A DNA stretch of 64,000 nucleotides from the NCBI GenBank assembly GCA_038087875.1, contig CM075987.1, positions 19,222,001-19,286,000 of the forward strand, given 5' to 3'. Each line of letters opens with the position of its first letter. Position 1 is the stretch's first letter. The notes below the pieces were generated by a model. That model was not told the DNA's origin. It saw only the letters and a list, made by a program, of their open reading frames with translations, and did not search any database. Made by a program: the position numbers and the translations under genes. Source of the stretch: Malacoraja senta (taxonomy: Eukaryota). This document shows positions 25,256-39,590 of the stretch, one piece after another.

Positions 25256-26090
25256 TCCTTGGCTAAAAAGCTTTCTTCTGTTTTCTGATTAACTCTGCAA
25301 CATTTTGTGATAAGTACAGCTTAGCCTTGAAGTTCTAAGTCTTGAAACTTGCCTGCAGAAATACCTGGCAGCTGCGCAGACACGGAAAGTTGCAGGTTGT
25401 GAGGGGCTGTTTTACTGGTAATTGGCTTACTGCTGTCCCTTAAAATCTGAAAATTTGTTTATGGTGGAGACATTTTTTCCCCTTTTAAGTTTGAGCATTT
25501 TTCATTACCAGCTTTTGACTTTTTCTTTCTAAAAATGCTGGGATAGAATATGCCTCTCTCTCCAGAAGGCTATTTTCCAATTTTTGTTCGCATTTCTCAG
25601 CTCAGCCCCGGCATCCTATACCCACCATCCTAACTTCAGATATGGCATGATTGTGATCGTGTTCCTACTCATTTTTCATTTACTGCCAATTAAAATAGTA
25701 AAAGAATGCATGTACTTGTAAAGCACTTTCTTTTGCTCTTGCAAAAGCCTGCTCCAAAGCACTGTACAACCATTGTACAATTTTAGTCATGCTTTAGGAA
25801 GCTCATCAGCTAGTTTACTGCACCAAGTTCCAACAAACAAGTAATCTACCTTTGGATGTATTGACAGAGAACGTCATGGAATCCTTTCTAATTTTGGAAA
25901 GTAGATCGGTAATTGTATTGCTTCTCCATAAAGGCTAATAAAATAACAACTAGAGTGTTGTAAGATTTTTGTGATGATATCCAAACTGTCTAAATTATGT
26001 AAGTAATGCTTACTTTGTGATATTGCATTTCCTTATTAGGAATCAGTTTGATTAACTTTGTCAATGGACTTTTTGCTTTAATCTCCACAG

Positions 26091-26246
26091 AAAAACTCTT
26101 CATATGTCAAGACAGCTGAAGGACCAGGCAGTTGAAGCTCAAGCTTGTTATAGCCTGGGCAACACACATACTCTGCTGGAGGATTATGAGAAAGCTATCG
26201 ACTACCATCTCAAACATCTTTCCATTGCTCAGGAACTGAATGATAG
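26091..26246 (+). CDS. GPSM1: GPSM1 coding exon 7 (TPR)
   Basis: ccacag|A ... AG|gtacaa; 156 nt; KTLHMSRQLKDQAVEAQACYSLGNTHTLLEDYEKAIDYHLKHLSIAQELNDR. Confidence 0.95.
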
Positions 26247-27480
26247 GTACAAGTTTGATTACATTGATTATTAAAAAATTGTCGTATATGTTAATTCGTG
26301 TTGGTATTTGTTTGATTTTCCTCGTGCGGTGTTACTGATACCAGCTTTTACTTTTTGCCTTCCTGTTTTTCATAGAAATAATATCTCATTGAACATGTAG
26401 TCATCGTGTGCATCAGCTTCCTGAGGATGATGTTAGAAACAATTAGCATTGATTCATTCAGTTGGTGTGGGTTACAGTATATTAGTAATTTGGAACATGG
26501 CATGCATCGAGGGATTGGGTGACTTTGACCTACAATTCCTAAAGGCCTCCATACAGGCGTTTCCTTGCTTCATGCCTAAAGCTATTGTCTCCTAATTAAT
26601 ATAAATGCATTGCAATGGTTTGTAAACAACAATGGTAAAATCCCATGAAAGTAAATATATGGTCTTTTATCAACCTATGTTTTCACTATAGTAGGAACAA
26701 TGGTGAGTGGGCTTTTAACTCTTCGGAGAATAATTATTTCTATCTTGGCTTTGAAAGTAACAATTCATCATATTTCAGTTATGTGTTGAATTTTAAGCTC
26801 AGCATAAAAGGAGCAATTAATATTTCATTTTACCTGCAAAATAAAATCTCTATAACTTGCTGTTAAAACATTTCAGTTCAGAAGAATAAAGCATATCCCT
26901 ATACATCTTTGGTTGCTTTGGTGACTATATACTCCTTTAGAGGGGTATACAGCAGGGAGATCTTGATTCTGTACTTCAAGGAGGGCTGCTGTTGGGAAAA
27001 ACTTACTGGTTTTACCTGACCCAGGAATGGAACAGACGTTGTATGTGGGTTTTTTCATGCTCTATTAAGTTTAGAAAAATGTTGCTCTATAAACTAATCA
27101 AAGTGTTTGTAGTTTTGGAAGTATTTGGTAAGCTCAGTGTAAAGGAACAATTCATTCAAGTGAAAGGAATCTTAAAACTAAGGTACGACCATTTTGGAGG
27201 TAAATTTGGAAGTTTTTGTTTTATTCCAAGGGACAGTAAAAATTGGGAATTCATCCCCAAATAGCTGTAGATGATAAATCAATTAAAACTTTCAAGGCAT
27301 GTTATATCTTTTTTGGCAAAAAATTTAAGAGGGATATGAAGCAAAGGCAATTAAAAGGAGTTGATGCGCAGTACAACAGAGGAAGTGGTCTTTTGGCCCA
27401 CAATGTCCTTGGCGAACATGATATCAAGTTATACCAATGTCCTCTATCTGCATGTCCATCCCTGTACCTCTCCTTGCATA

Positions 27481-27736
27481 CTGCGCAATTCCAAACACCT
27501 GTGAAGCCATGTGTCCCAAACATTATGGTGCCCTGAAATGGGGGGGGAACTATGTATAAACACAGCTGTAATTTCAACATGGTGAAACCAAAATGTATAA
27601 AAATGGCCTTTATTAAAATCTGACAATGTGCTATTTAACCACATGAGATTTTTTCTATTACAAATCTCAAATTGTGGAGTACAGAGGCAAATAAATAAAT
27701 GATGGGTCTTTGTCCCAAACATTATGGAGGGCACTG
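27481..27736 (-). mobile_element. Solo left end (IR/DR TIR) of the Tc1 family seen at 62766
   Basis: Reverse complement of about 62766-63017, including outer and inner direct repeats (ccataatgtttgggaca). Confidence 0.9.
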
Positions 27737-28291
27737 TGCATCAGAATGTCTTTGGACCTTTCTGCAGTGTTTATGCTGACCTCTCAAAACAAATGCAATC
27801 CTGTATTTTTCTTCATACGTGCAACTTGCCCATCTGATGTTCTGGGTTGAAGTTTGCTTGGCTACAGTGTGTTGGCAACTTTCCCAATGAACCTTCATCC
27901 CTTTCATGATTATTTTACCATCTTCGGTCAGTCTGGCCTTATTATCTTTACATATATAAGAAAATCTGTTATGAGAATCCAATAAATTGTGGTGCAGATG
28001 ACACTCTGACCATGTAAACAAACAGCCAGATGAAAATTTATGTAGTTTCACACTCTTCATATTATAGCTAGTTGTATGGTCTCCAATGTCTCCAAATTCA
28101 TGAATTTTGTTATGCAATAAAGGATGGGCACCATCCTACTATACTACTTTATAGTATAGAAAAGAGATAACAGAAATATGTTTGATTGAATTTGACAACC
28201 GATGAAAGAAAAATATTCTAAACTCATTTTCAGTTGTACGATAGGGCGCAAGAAACTGAGTTATCAGGTGTTCTTTTTGGTTTTTGGACAG

Positions 28292-28400
28292 AGTTGGCGA
28301 AGGAAGAGCGTGTTGGAGTCTGGGAAATGCCTACGTATCACTTGGGAGCCATGTGCAAGGGCTACATTTTGCGTCAAGACACCTAGAAATCTCCAGAAAG
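28292..28400 (+). CDS. GPSM1: GPSM1 coding exon 8 (TPR)
   Basis: ggacag|A ... AAG|gtgaga; 109 nt; VGEGRACWSLGNAYVSLGSHVQGLHFASRHLEISRK. Confidence 0.95.
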
Positions 28401-28602
28401 GTGAGAAAACTTCACACCCACATCATAGAATCTTACAGCATTGGAGGCTGCCACTTGGCCTAATGTACTTCTGCTGATTGTTTGAAAGGTCTGTCTTATT
28501 TCCTGATACCCATACATCTATTTCCCCTTGTCCATTTGTGTTCCTCGTAACCAGTTGTCTTTTGAAATTTACTTTCTGAATCTGCGTTCAACATCCCTTC
28601 AG

Positions 28603-28712
28603 GAGAAGGCAGGAACGGGGTACTGATTGGGGATGATCAGCCATGATCACATTGAATGGCGGTGCTGGCTCGAAGGGCCGAATGGCCTACTCCTGCACCT
28701 ATTGTCTATTGT
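28603..28712 (+). mobile_element. CR1 3' tail
   Basis: ggagaaggcagg...gatcagccatgatc...cctactcctgcacctatt. Confidence 0.85.
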
Positions 28713-30126
28713 CAGGCAGCGTAGTCCAGATTTGAAGTAACTTCATATTTTTCAGCAAAGTTCTGATCATCTCAACTTTATTCCATATGTCAGTCACCTT
28801 CCATATATCCCCTTTCCATCAGTGGATGCAGTTTATCACTATTTAATCTTTTCTATTTTCCCTGTTCTAACGAGAACAGTCTTGGTTCAGGGCAGAGAGA
28901 AGCATGAAATATCTACTCCACACACATTGCACTCGATGGAATAATCCAATAATTTCCAAGACTGACAGAGAAGAATGACTGAACATGAAATCAAATGAGC
29001 CTCATAAATAATCTTGCCATTTTATAACATACATGTTCAAAATATTCTGAACAGTTTGCTGTAAATGTCTTTATCTCAATGTACATAGTTAATGAGATTA
29101 ATTGTTGACGAGATAAATAACTTTGCTGGTTGAAACGTGCAGTATGTGACTATGCATCGAGAATCTCATGTTCCCAGTCAAAATTGAGGAATATAAAAAT
29201 AAACTCAAAACAGTGAATTTTATTTCAGTGTTATTCAAAATGAAAATAATGTTTAGTTAATTTATGTTAATAAATAAGAGCGGTGTGGTTATAAGCTGAT
29301 TAGCGGCAACATCCAAAGGATGTTTTAGCACTACATATGATAGTAAGTACAGTCATTCATTTGATTTATTTTTCTGTTTTACACATACTGATTAGTTGGC
29401 CTTAAAATATAGACATTCAACATTGTAATCTAAAAGAGTAAGAAGATGATCTAATAGTTTGACAATTAACTAGAAGATTTTGGCATAACACACTATTGCG
29501 TGATGTGCAGTAATGTTAATTTTAGGACATTTCTTTTATAACCTGCCTATTAATGCGACTGGCCTCTTCATGCTCCTTGGATGCCAGATGGGTGAGAGTA
29601 TATGTTAATTGGAAGCACCAAGGAAAGTCTTGTGCAAGTAAAGAATTTTCATTGTTGACAATGCCGACAGCTGATTTACGCAAAGTAGGGCCTCATTAAT
29701 GATGATAAGGAAAATGATCTAAACATGTATTTTTGGCCCTTGATGGGAGGATTACTGTTGGCCAGGGTGGTTTCCCTGTTCTACTCCAAATTGTTTCATA
29801 CCATCTATTATATCCACCAGAATACGCAGATGGCTTCGTTCTCCGCCAACAGATGACATAGTTTGTTAATACAGCATTCTCTAATTATTGTACTGCACTG
29901 ACATGAGATTATATGCTCAGGTCCTGATTTGAGCTTGAACCCACATTGTCAGATATTGAAATACAGGCAAGTGTAGCACAGAAGCCAAGATTTTCCTATT
30001 GTGATGAAAAGAGTTTGAGCAGATAAACACTAAAGGTTTAATTCATTCCAATGTGTAAATGCATCCAATTTTATTGCATTGTACCAATCAAATCGGCGGC
30101 ATGCTAAGAAATAAGGAAACTGAATA

Positions 30127-30283
30127 GAATCATAGAAAATAGGTGCAGGAGTAGGCCATTCGGCCCTTCGAGCCTGCACCGCCATTCAATATGATCATGG
30201 CTGATCATCCAACTCAGTATCCTGTACCTGCCTTCTCTCCATACCCCCTGATCCCTTTAGCCACAAGGGCCACATCTAACTCC
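30127..30283 (-). mobile_element. Young CR1 3' tail
   Basis: Nearly identical to 31567-31718. Confidence 0.88.
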
Positions 30284-31028
30284 CAATAAAATCATTGGTT
30301 TTAGGCAAAGGAAACTGGTGGATAAATTTCAAATTCTGAATATTGTGTGTGAGAAACAAAACTGAATGAATAAAAAAAAGCCTTATCTAATTTAGTAAAC
30401 AGATTGAACATGGATTTGATCATTGAAAGTGTCCTAAAATAACCTTGGGACAGCTTGCATGTTGTCATGAATCTCAGACTGGAGTTAAGCAAGGCCATAT
30501 ATTTGCCACCACAATTGTTCAGTCCTTTACACATGCAACATGCAATTAACCTGCAGGGCAAATGGGAAACTGTTCAAGCTATGCTACTTCCACTCAAAAC
30601 CATGGTTACCCCACTCTTAGTAGTCAAGCTGCATTAAGACCTGGCTCACTCACCAAAATGTATGAAAGGAGGGGCCTGACACTCAACATCAGCAAAACAA
30701 ATACCTTGTATCAACTTGCCCTCACTGTGTTAACATTGCCTTCTGACAGTGAAAGTCCACGATGATGCACTGGAAAATACTGACCGCCTCCAATAACGTG
30801 AGAGCCACTGCTCAATGGACACTGATGGCGATAATAAAATTCATCATCGTCTTCAATGTACCAGGGCAATTTTTGGTCATTATAGGGTAAAGAGTGTTTG
30901 AAAGGTCGAGACTTCAAACCCAACTCAGTGGTTTACCAAACAGCACCTGTACCATTCTGAGTTATGGGTCATCAACAGTAGACATCTCAGCACTGGAAAG
31001 AGACCACCATTGCACAGCGTCCTCCGTA

Positions 31029-31416
31029 CTTCAACTCCCCCTCCTATTCCGAATCCGACCTTTCTGTCCTGGGCCTTCTCCATGGCCAGAGTGAGTCCCA
31101 CCGCAAATTGGAGGAGCAGCACCTCATATTTTGCTTGGGTAGTTTACACCCCAGCGGTATGAACATTGACCTCCAATTTCAGGTAGTCCTTGCTTTCTCC
31201 CTCCTTCCCCTCCCCTTCCCAGTTCTCCCACAGCCTACTGTCTCCGCCTCTTCCTTTCTTCTTCCTGCCCCCCCCTCACCCCCACATCAGTCTGAAGAAG
31301 GGTCTTGACCTGAAACGTCACTTATTCTTTCGCTCCATAGATGCTGCCTCACCCGCTGAGTTTCTCCAGCATTTTTGTCTACCTTCGATTTTTCCAGCAT
31401 CTGCAGTTCCTTCTTA
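31029..31416 (+). mobile_element. Penelope-like 3' fragment with hammerhead motif
   Basis: EEQHLIFCLGSLHPSGMNID; CTGAAGA...GAAACGTC at 31292-31319; direct repeat AGC[G/A]TCCTC[C/T]GTA at 31016-31028 and 31417-31429. Confidence 0.88.
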
Positions 31417-31557
31417 AGCATCCTCTGTATCCATTGGTATAACTGGTATGATTGTCATTCCAACGCACAACCACAGATTGCTGAATAAAACACTCAGTCC
31501 AAACTTTTTTGTGGTAAGAGATTACATGGTGGATGAAGAAAAGAATGAAGGATGTTA

Positions 31558-31797
31558 CATAGATACATAGAAAATAGGTGCAGGGGTAGGCCATTCGGCC
31601 CTTCGAGCCTGCACCGCCATTCAATATGATCATGGCTGATCATCCAACTCAGTATCCCGTACCTGCCTTCTCTCCATACCCCCTGATCCCTTTAGCCACA
31701 AGGGCCACATCTAACTCCCTCTTAAATATAGCCAATGAACTGGCCTCAACTACCCTCTGTGGCAGAGAGTTCCAGAGATTCACCACTCTCTGTGTGA
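31558..31797 (-). mobile_element. Young CR1 3' end
   Basis: TQRVVNLWNSLPQRVVEASSLAIFKRELDVALVAKGIRGYGEKAGTGY*, same peptide as at 45049-45453. Confidence 0.92.
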
Positions 31798-34079
31798 GAG
31801 AGTCTCTGTGTGAAAGAGTCTCCTTCAAAAATAGCAACATCTTGATTGATGCCTGGTTCCTGATTCTTCAAAGTAGTGAAGGAGCATTCAGGTTGGCACT
31901 GAGAGTGATAAAACCACTTTGAGGGTTAGGAATAACCCTGTGTAAACAGTGGAAGGGTAGAGCATTGAACAATATAGCTCAGGAACAGGCCCTTCGGCCC
32001 ACAATCTCAATGCTGAACATGACCCTAGAATAAACTAATCTCTGCCTGGACGCGATCCATATCCTGCAATTCCCTGAACCTCCATCTCCCTGTCTAAAAT
32101 ATTGCAGGCACTATGCCATAGGATAGTGCCATGGGCACAATGAAAAGTGCAAGCATTGGAGCTAATGAAACAGTACTTGTTCTCCCAGTAATCAGCTTTT
32201 CATATGTTTAAATTAGTGACTCCAAACTTGAATCTTGTGGGTCATATAATTGTTCTGCTATTAAAGGTAACATGTTAATTAGTCATGATAATTACATTTA
32301 AATTATATATACAGAATTGGGTTAATTAGAAACTGACTCATTTGCTGAAAAGCCAAGTCATTCTATGTAATGCTGGCGCCCTATTTGTTGTAAGCATCTG
32401 TATGTGGAGCTCATTTTAGCACCGTGCTACAGGTTAATTGCATTTGTGATTTTTACCTGTCAAAACAAGAAATTCTCCTTTGAAATGTTAGTTTGGATCA
32501 TAATCCTGGTTGAAAAGATGAGGAGGAGTTTTAGTTGCAAGCAACAAGACTCACCTGATCACAAATTGGGCAATGTGTATTCTACTGACATTTAAATTCT
32601 TCACCAGGCTTACATTCTGATTATAGCCCAGTAATGAACAATTGTTAAATGTACCTCCTCCTGGAGTTCGTTATAGAGGGCACGATAACCTAATTGTGCA
32701 GACCACTAAACAAACCTTACCCGTATCCATTTTAAATTGACTTGTGCAGTCCTTGAGAGACTTTTAATTTCTGGTATTATCTTTAAACCCCCCAACACAC
32801 TTAAAAATCATGCTGCATTTGATTTCATTAAAGACATTTGTCACAGTTAAATCCTTCTGATGTATTTGTTCCTAAATCCAATTAAGATGGTTTATTTGAG
32901 TTAATTACAAACTAAAATGGTATATCATTAAATCTTTCTTAACTGCGATAACCTAAGAACCACTTCCACAGGTTGTGCTTGGCCAAAAATGTTGCTTGAC
33001 TCCAGGGAGAATTATACAGCTTGGATATTCATGCCAATATTATTTGAACAGCGACTGATGCAATCAACATGAATCATACTCGTTAAAAAGTGAAGTATGG
33101 GTTATTCAGGCATCAGTGTATCTTTGCTGCGTCCTATAGCAGAAGATCATTACACGTAATTGTCCAGATCATCCGATGGCAAGAGGAAATCAGGTTCATT
33201 TGTGGTATTAATTTTAAACCAAATTTAATATCATTTTTGTACGTCAAATAAAACCTTCCCAAGCACGTGGATGCTTGATAATGTGGTCATTAGATCTGGG
33301 GAATTAGTAAACCTGAATACATTTTGAATCCTTTGAGGGTTGAAAGATCACTGCAGTACCAAGCACTGCTGTCGTTCATATATTCATGCACGTACATAAA
33401 GAAAATCCTATGACATTGTCTGAAGATCAGGGGACACATCCAGGTGTCTTTCTCGCACTCTTGCTCTCCCGAAGTTGTAAATGTGTTTTTTTTCCAAGAA
33501 TGCTTTGAAATATTTGAGTAGTTTGATGAGAATCTATTCAAATTCAAGTACATTCAGTCTAGTTTAAATCCAAGTTCGTTTAACAGATGTAAGAATTAAT
33601 GGGCATTAGGCTTGAAGAGTTAAAGCAACGAAGCATATCTTGCAAAACCATTTAAATTATGTCTAAAAATGAATGCACGAAAGAGATTTATGACGTCATT
33701 CAACTGAATTATTCTGAAAGTGCTGTAAATTTTGAGGAAAGTTAGATTAGAAAGTTAGGCCACTTGGAATCCAAGATGGTTTGGTAAATTGGATCTAAAA
33801 TTGGCTTGATTATATGAGGCAGGTAGAGGGTTGTTTTTGTGACTAGAATTCTATGACCTGTGGTGTACTGTACTAATTGGTAGTGGGATCTTTGCTGTTT
33901 GTCTTGTATATAAATTGGATGAGAATGTCTGTGGTTTGGCGAGTGATTTTGGCGATGACGCAAAGATTTGTGAAGTTGTAGACAGTGAGGATAGTGTGCA
34001 TATGTACATGGGATAGAATGCTGATAAATTGGGCAGAGTGGTGCCAAATGGCTTAATCCACAAATTTTGAGTTGCCTAA

Positions 34080-34570
34080 TACGGGCCAGGTATTACAGCT
34101 CCAGTTGCAAGGGAAAGTACCTGGGGACGAGGTGGTTTAGGTGGGAAGGGATGAGTGAGCCAAGGGGTTGCGGAGGGAGCAGTATCTGCGGAAGGCAGAA
34201 AGGAGTGGAGATGGGAAGTTGTGACTGGTGGTAGGATCACATTGGAGGTGACAGAAATGTCGGGGGATGATGTGTTGGATGCGGAGGCTGGTGGGGTGAA
34301 AAGTGAGGACCAGGGGATCTCTATTCTTGTTCTGCAGGGAAGGAGGAGCAAGAGCAGAACTACGGCACACAGGAGATGCCAGTGAGGGATCCATCTTTCA
34401 CAGAAGGGGGAAAAACATGTTTCCTGAAGAAAGAGGATAACTTGGATCTCCTTGCATGCAAAGTGTCATCATGGTAGCAGACGTGGCGACGAAGGAATTG
34501 AGAATAAGGAATAGCATCTTTGCAAGAGGCAGGGTAGGCGGAAATGTAGTTCAGATAACTGTGGGAGTCA
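34080..34570 (-). mobile_element. Penelope-like ORF fragment
   Basis: DPSL...NKNRDPLVLTFHPTSLRIQHII.RHF.HLQ.DPTT, homologous to 24250-24550. Confidence 0.85.
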
Positions 34571-34659
34571 GCTTATCCAAAGGCACTATCGTGTCTGCCT
34601 CAGCAATCACCCCTCACAGCGCGATCCAGGCACTCACCACAATCTCTGTTGTGTCTCTG

Positions 34660-34945
34660 CCCGCACATCTCCTTTAAACTTTGCCCCTCTCGCCTTAAAG
34701 CTGTGCCTTCTAGTATTTGATTTTTCCATCCTGGGAAAAAGGTTCTGACTGTCTACCCTATCTATGCCTCTCATTGTTTTATATACGGTACTTCCATCAA
34801 GTCTCCCTGCAACCTCCGGTGTTCCTGGAGCAAACAATCCAGGTCTGTCCAACCTCTCCCTGTAGCTAATACTTCCGAATCCAGGCAGCATTCTAGTTGA
34901 CCTCCTCCAAACGCTTTCCAGAGACTCCACATCCTTCCGGTAATA
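34660..34945 (-). mobile_element. CR1 LINE fragment
   Basis: YRKDVESLESVWRRSTRMLPG...YKTMRGIDRVDSQNLFPR. Confidence 0.85.
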
Positions 34946-35197
34946 AAAGGAATTACTCTTTAACATCAGGTGGATTCGTAATGCTCAGCATGTGAGATGA
35001 CATCTGAAGAACACATCACAGGTTTAAAAACACCTTAGGAATGTGTGGGAGGGGGGTGGGGGAATATTCCGATTTAAGTTTTATCTCAGATGGCAAGTCT
35101 GGATTTTGAATAATCACACGTCTTGGTTTTAAAATGTAATTCAATGTGTCGCCTTTACAGGTTCTGACATGACAAGCTTTTAGAATGAGATAATAAC

Positions 35198-35585
35198 TTT
35201 ATTCCTTGGAGCGCAGGAGGCTGAGTGATGATCTTGTGGAGGTGTATAAAACCATGAGGGAAATAGATGGGATGAATGTAAAGAGTCATTGTCCCAGAGT
35301 AGGGGAATCGAGAACTGGAGGGCACAGGTTTAAGGTGAAAGGGGAAAGATTTAATAAGAACCTGAGGAGCACATTTTTCACACAGAAGGTGATGGACATA
35401 CGGAACGAGCTGCCAGAAGATGTAATTGAGGCAGGTACAATAACAATATTTGAAAGACATGGGCAGGTATATGAATCCGAAGATTTTGGAGGGATATGAG
35501 CGAAACACGAGCAAATGGGACTAGCTTGGATGGGGCATCTTGGTCAGTATGGTGAAGTTGGGTTGAAGGGCCTGGTTCCACGCTT
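35198..35585 (+). mobile_element. CR1 (HER1-like) 3' fragment
   Basis: ERRRLSDDLVEVYKTMREID...RTGGHRFKVKGERF plus 3' tail. Confidence 0.87.
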
Positions 35586-36569
35586 TACATCATTAACAAA
35601 TTCACAGTAACTTACTGGTACTTAACATAATTCAGCTCTGCCTTTGATGAGCGAATCTCCTGTGCTCATGGTGTTTGTCGAAGAGTTACGGAGAGGAAAG
35701 CATCATGCTGATTTAATGTCTTCCAATAAATCAATGATATGTATTGCTATTGTATTTTCCTCATGGAGAGGAATGGTATGTTCTGAGCATCACTGGTAAA
35801 TCATCTTTATCGTCCATTCTGGATTAACAGGGAAGATGCTGAAACTGAAATAAAACACACAATTTCTTTCCGCATCCTGATCTTCAGCAAGCGGAATTGC
35901 ACAGTAAATGTTAAGCCTCCCATTGCCTCTGTTTTCTATCTCCTGCCCTTTTCTCACCTCCTGACACTTACAGACTTTGTACTGATAATGAACAAAGAAA
36001 CATAACAACAAAATAGTCATTATTAAGGAATGAGATCTGGTTATTACAGTGTTACACAGCTTTAATGCAATCTCAGGAGAGCAGTGAATTGTATAAAGCA
36101 TTTGCTGTGTACTTATGCTTAATGAATGCAGTTTCAAGAATTTTTATTTTGCAGTGTAAAATATTTAATTTTAAGCATTTGTCGTGTTCAGAAATACTCT
36201 CTTTCCTGATTCCTGATGTGATTAAATCAATGCTTGGGTGCAATGTATTTGCCTTTTTACCATTTGGCCACCTATTTGAGTTTGATGAAATGGGCAGGAT
36301 TTGGACCATTCACTCTTTGCCTCTGCACAATTCCTGGTTACATCATATTGAAACACATTGGGTCAAGGCAGAGAAATAGTAAATAAGTACTTGAGTCTTC
36401 ATTAAGGAAGAAACTACTGCTGGAATCCTATTTCCCACAAGCCTAGGCAGACCAAGCGCAACTGTTCGGTGAATCAGTCGCCAAGTCTACACTTGGTCTC
36501 GATGATGTACAGGAGGCCACATCGGGAATACCAGATGCAGTAGACGAGGTTGGAGGGGGTGCATGTGAA

Positions 36570-37565
36570 CTGGATGCCTGTGACTTGTGGTGTGCCTCAG
36601 TGTTCAGTGCTGGGGCCCGTTACTGTTTGTCATCTACATCAATGATTTGGATGAGAACATACGGGCAAGATTAGCAAGTTTGCTGATGGATCAAAAGTTA
36701 GTGGTTTTACAGATAATGAAGATGGTTGTGAATGATTGCAGCAGGATCTGGATCGATTGGCGGAGGAATGGTTGATGGAATTTAATACAGAGAAGTGTGA
36801 GGTGTTGCATTTTGGGACTTCGAACAAAGGCAGGACCTACACAGCAAATGGTAGGCCTCTGGGTAGAGCAGAGGGATCTAGGAGTACAGATGCATGGTTC
36901 CTTGAAAGTCGAGTTGCAGATAGATAAGGTGGTCAAAAAGGCTTTTGGCACTTTGGCCTTCATTAGTCAGAGTATTGAGTATAGAAGTTGGAAGGTCATG
37001 TTGCAGTTGTATAAGACGTTGGTGAGACCGCATTTAGAATATTGTGTTCTGTTCTGGGCACCATGTTATAGGAAATATATTGTCAAGCTTGAAAGGGTTC
37101 AGAAATGATTTATGAGGATGTTGCCAGAACAAGAGGGTGTGAGCTATAGGGAGAGGCTGAGTAGGCTGGGTCTCTATTCCATGGAGCGCAGGAGGATGAG
37201 GGGAGATCTTAGAGGTATACAAAATCATGAGAGGAATAGATCAAAGTCCTTTGAGTAGGGGAATCGAGGACCAGAGGACATAGCTTCAAGGTGAAGGGGA
37301 AAAGATTTAATAGGAATCCGAGGAGTAACTTTTTCACACAAAAGGTGTTGGGTGTCTGGAACAAGCTGCCAGAGGAGGTAGTAGAGGCTGGGACTATCCC
37401 ATTGTTTAAGAAACGGTTAGACAGGTACATGGATAGGACAGGTTTGGAGGGATATGGACCAAGTGCAGGCAAGTGGGATTAGTGCAGCTGGGACATTGTT
37501 GGCCGGTGTGGGAGAGTTGGGCCAAAGGACCTTTTTCCACACTGTATCACTCTATGACTCTATGA
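36570..37565 (+). mobile_element. CR1 (HER1-like) LINE, RT region to 3' end; abuts a minus-strand Penelope fragment (about 36440-36570)
   Basis: [29 protein letters not shown], frameshifted; tail actctatgactctatga. Confidence 0.9.
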
Positions 37566-38397
37566 ATAGTTCTCGTGAATAAAATGTTTGCCACTATTCT
37601 GAGGAAACCGGACACATTTCAACACCTTTATATACACAAGAAAATGCAGATGCTGGAAATTTGAGCAAAACACAAAGCGCTGGAGGAACTTAGTGAGTCA
37701 GGCAGCATCTGGACAGACGATGTTTTGGGTCATGATCCTCTTCAGATTTAAGAAGGGTTTGGACTTGACACGTTGTAGAGGAAACAAAGAGGCCTTTGAT
37801 GCCATTAAAGAGAGGATGATAATTTTATTTTTCATAGTTAATCTATTTGGAGGATGTGAGTGACAGAATGGATTTGGAGGACGCAAATTATGGGTGATAA
37901 ATCTTGACGATGAAACTGATGGGGATGGATTTGGAGGACGACATGCTGAGTAAGAATAAATGCTGAAACAATGACTTGCATAATACCACAATGGATATGA
38001 AGGGTTTGGAAGGCAATGCAGACAAATGGGACAAGGCCAATATGCTACCGTGGTTGTCATGAACAAGGTGGGCCACATGCACTGTGGCCCAGTGTCCAAT
38101 TTGACTTGGTAATGATCCTGTCCATTAGGTCCTTAGGATGTTTAAAGGCATTGTATATACACAATATGCCATTGCCGAGAATCCATGATTGAAAAGAGTT
38201 GGAAGTTAAAGTAGGAGAATTAAGAATTGGTAATGTTATTTTCTTAAGTTAAAGAAGCAGGTGTTACTTTATTGTGGTAAGGAATTCCAAACTGTTAAAG
38301 TCCGGGGAATGTAATGTGTTTCCATCCAAAACAAGATTATATCCTTGGTTCAAAACTGCTTTAAAAAATGTCATGCAGAGAAAAGGAACCACACTAA

Positions 38398-38828
38398 TGG
38401 GCCTGCCCCACTTAGGCAACTTTTTAGGTGACTACAGGAGACTATGTGGTCGCCACATGGTTGCTGGGGTGTCGCCTGTATGGTCGTGAGCAGTCTCCTC
38501 AGTCGCCCAAAGAGTTGTAGCGCCTTTCTGGTCGCCGACAATTTTTCAACATGTTGAAACATTTTCGACGACAGTGGCGACCTTGGGTTTGATGCTAAAT
38601 GAGCGTAGCTTGGCGTAGGTGTGGTCGTAGGGTGCCGCCAGGATGTCGTCGGTTGTCGCCAGGTGACGTAGGTTGGCGCCGGTGCTGACTTCGGTGAATT
38701 TCAATGTCGTATCCGCCAGCAGTCGCCTAAAAAATTGCCAAGTGGGACAGATCCAGTCGCCGGTTTTTCGGCGACCTGCTACGAATATGACAGTCGCCAA
38801 AAAAAATCGCCTAAGTGGGACAGGCCCA
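38398..38828. mobile_element. Harbinger-like MITE (copy A)
   Basis: TIR TGGGCCTG[C/T]CCCACTTAGGC at both ends; flanks TAA / TCA; CpG-rich interior with repeated GTCGCC/GTCGT motifs. Confidence 0.82.
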
Positions 38829-39590
38829 TCAGTGTATGCTACTGTTGTGCATCCTCATCTAAGTAAAATACTGAGGTTTGTGCTAAGTGCTGTTCTTTCA
38901 CTATCAGTCCTTGAATGAAGATTGTTTAAATTCAAACCTTTCCATTAATCATAGCTGTTCAGCAGAGTAAGGGTTAATATTTAAAAACAAACAAAATGTT
39001 GTATTCAGGTGCCCAAGTAATGTTAAAAAACAAACAACTTTCCAAGTGCTGAACTTGATGCCAATAACAGCAGCGTGTCTTTTAAACACAGTGGTTTAAA
39101 GATTTGTCCAAGACTTCCAATGTTCCATTATGCATAATGTAATATCAATATTTAAATGTTCCTTCAGCATATGAATATATTTCATTAGCGATACAAATTT
39201 TTGCATTGGTCTGGTGTAATGTGCAGAAAATGTGGAAGAATCATAGTCTCATCTGCTATGCAGCAATCAGGATTGGCCATTAAACAATAATAAACAGGAG
39301 GTGGTCTGGAATGTGCAATGACAACTCAATTAAACATCGACGTACAATGCAGCTTCTGAATTTAGTCTGATGTTTTTTGCATCAATTGCATCAGACCGGG
39401 CACTAAATTTCCTGTTTTTCTTTGCTTTCAACTCCTGACTCCTGCCCCACCCCACACTTGCCACCTTCGGTATATCACTAGATCAACCCCACCCCCTTCC
39501 CCCAAATCCAAAAAAACTACATGGCAACATAACCTTGGAGGTAATCCCTTGTGCAGTGCAAGTTTTCAGTCTTGGGATGTCTTCTTGCAG

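Larger units (their letters stand above)
30630..31960 (+). mobile_element. Old RTE-clade LINE remnant hosting two younger insertions
   Basis: TKMYERRGLTLNISKTNTLYQ resembles the RTE RT C-terminal part; decayed sequence continues either side of the inserts. Confidence 0.6.
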
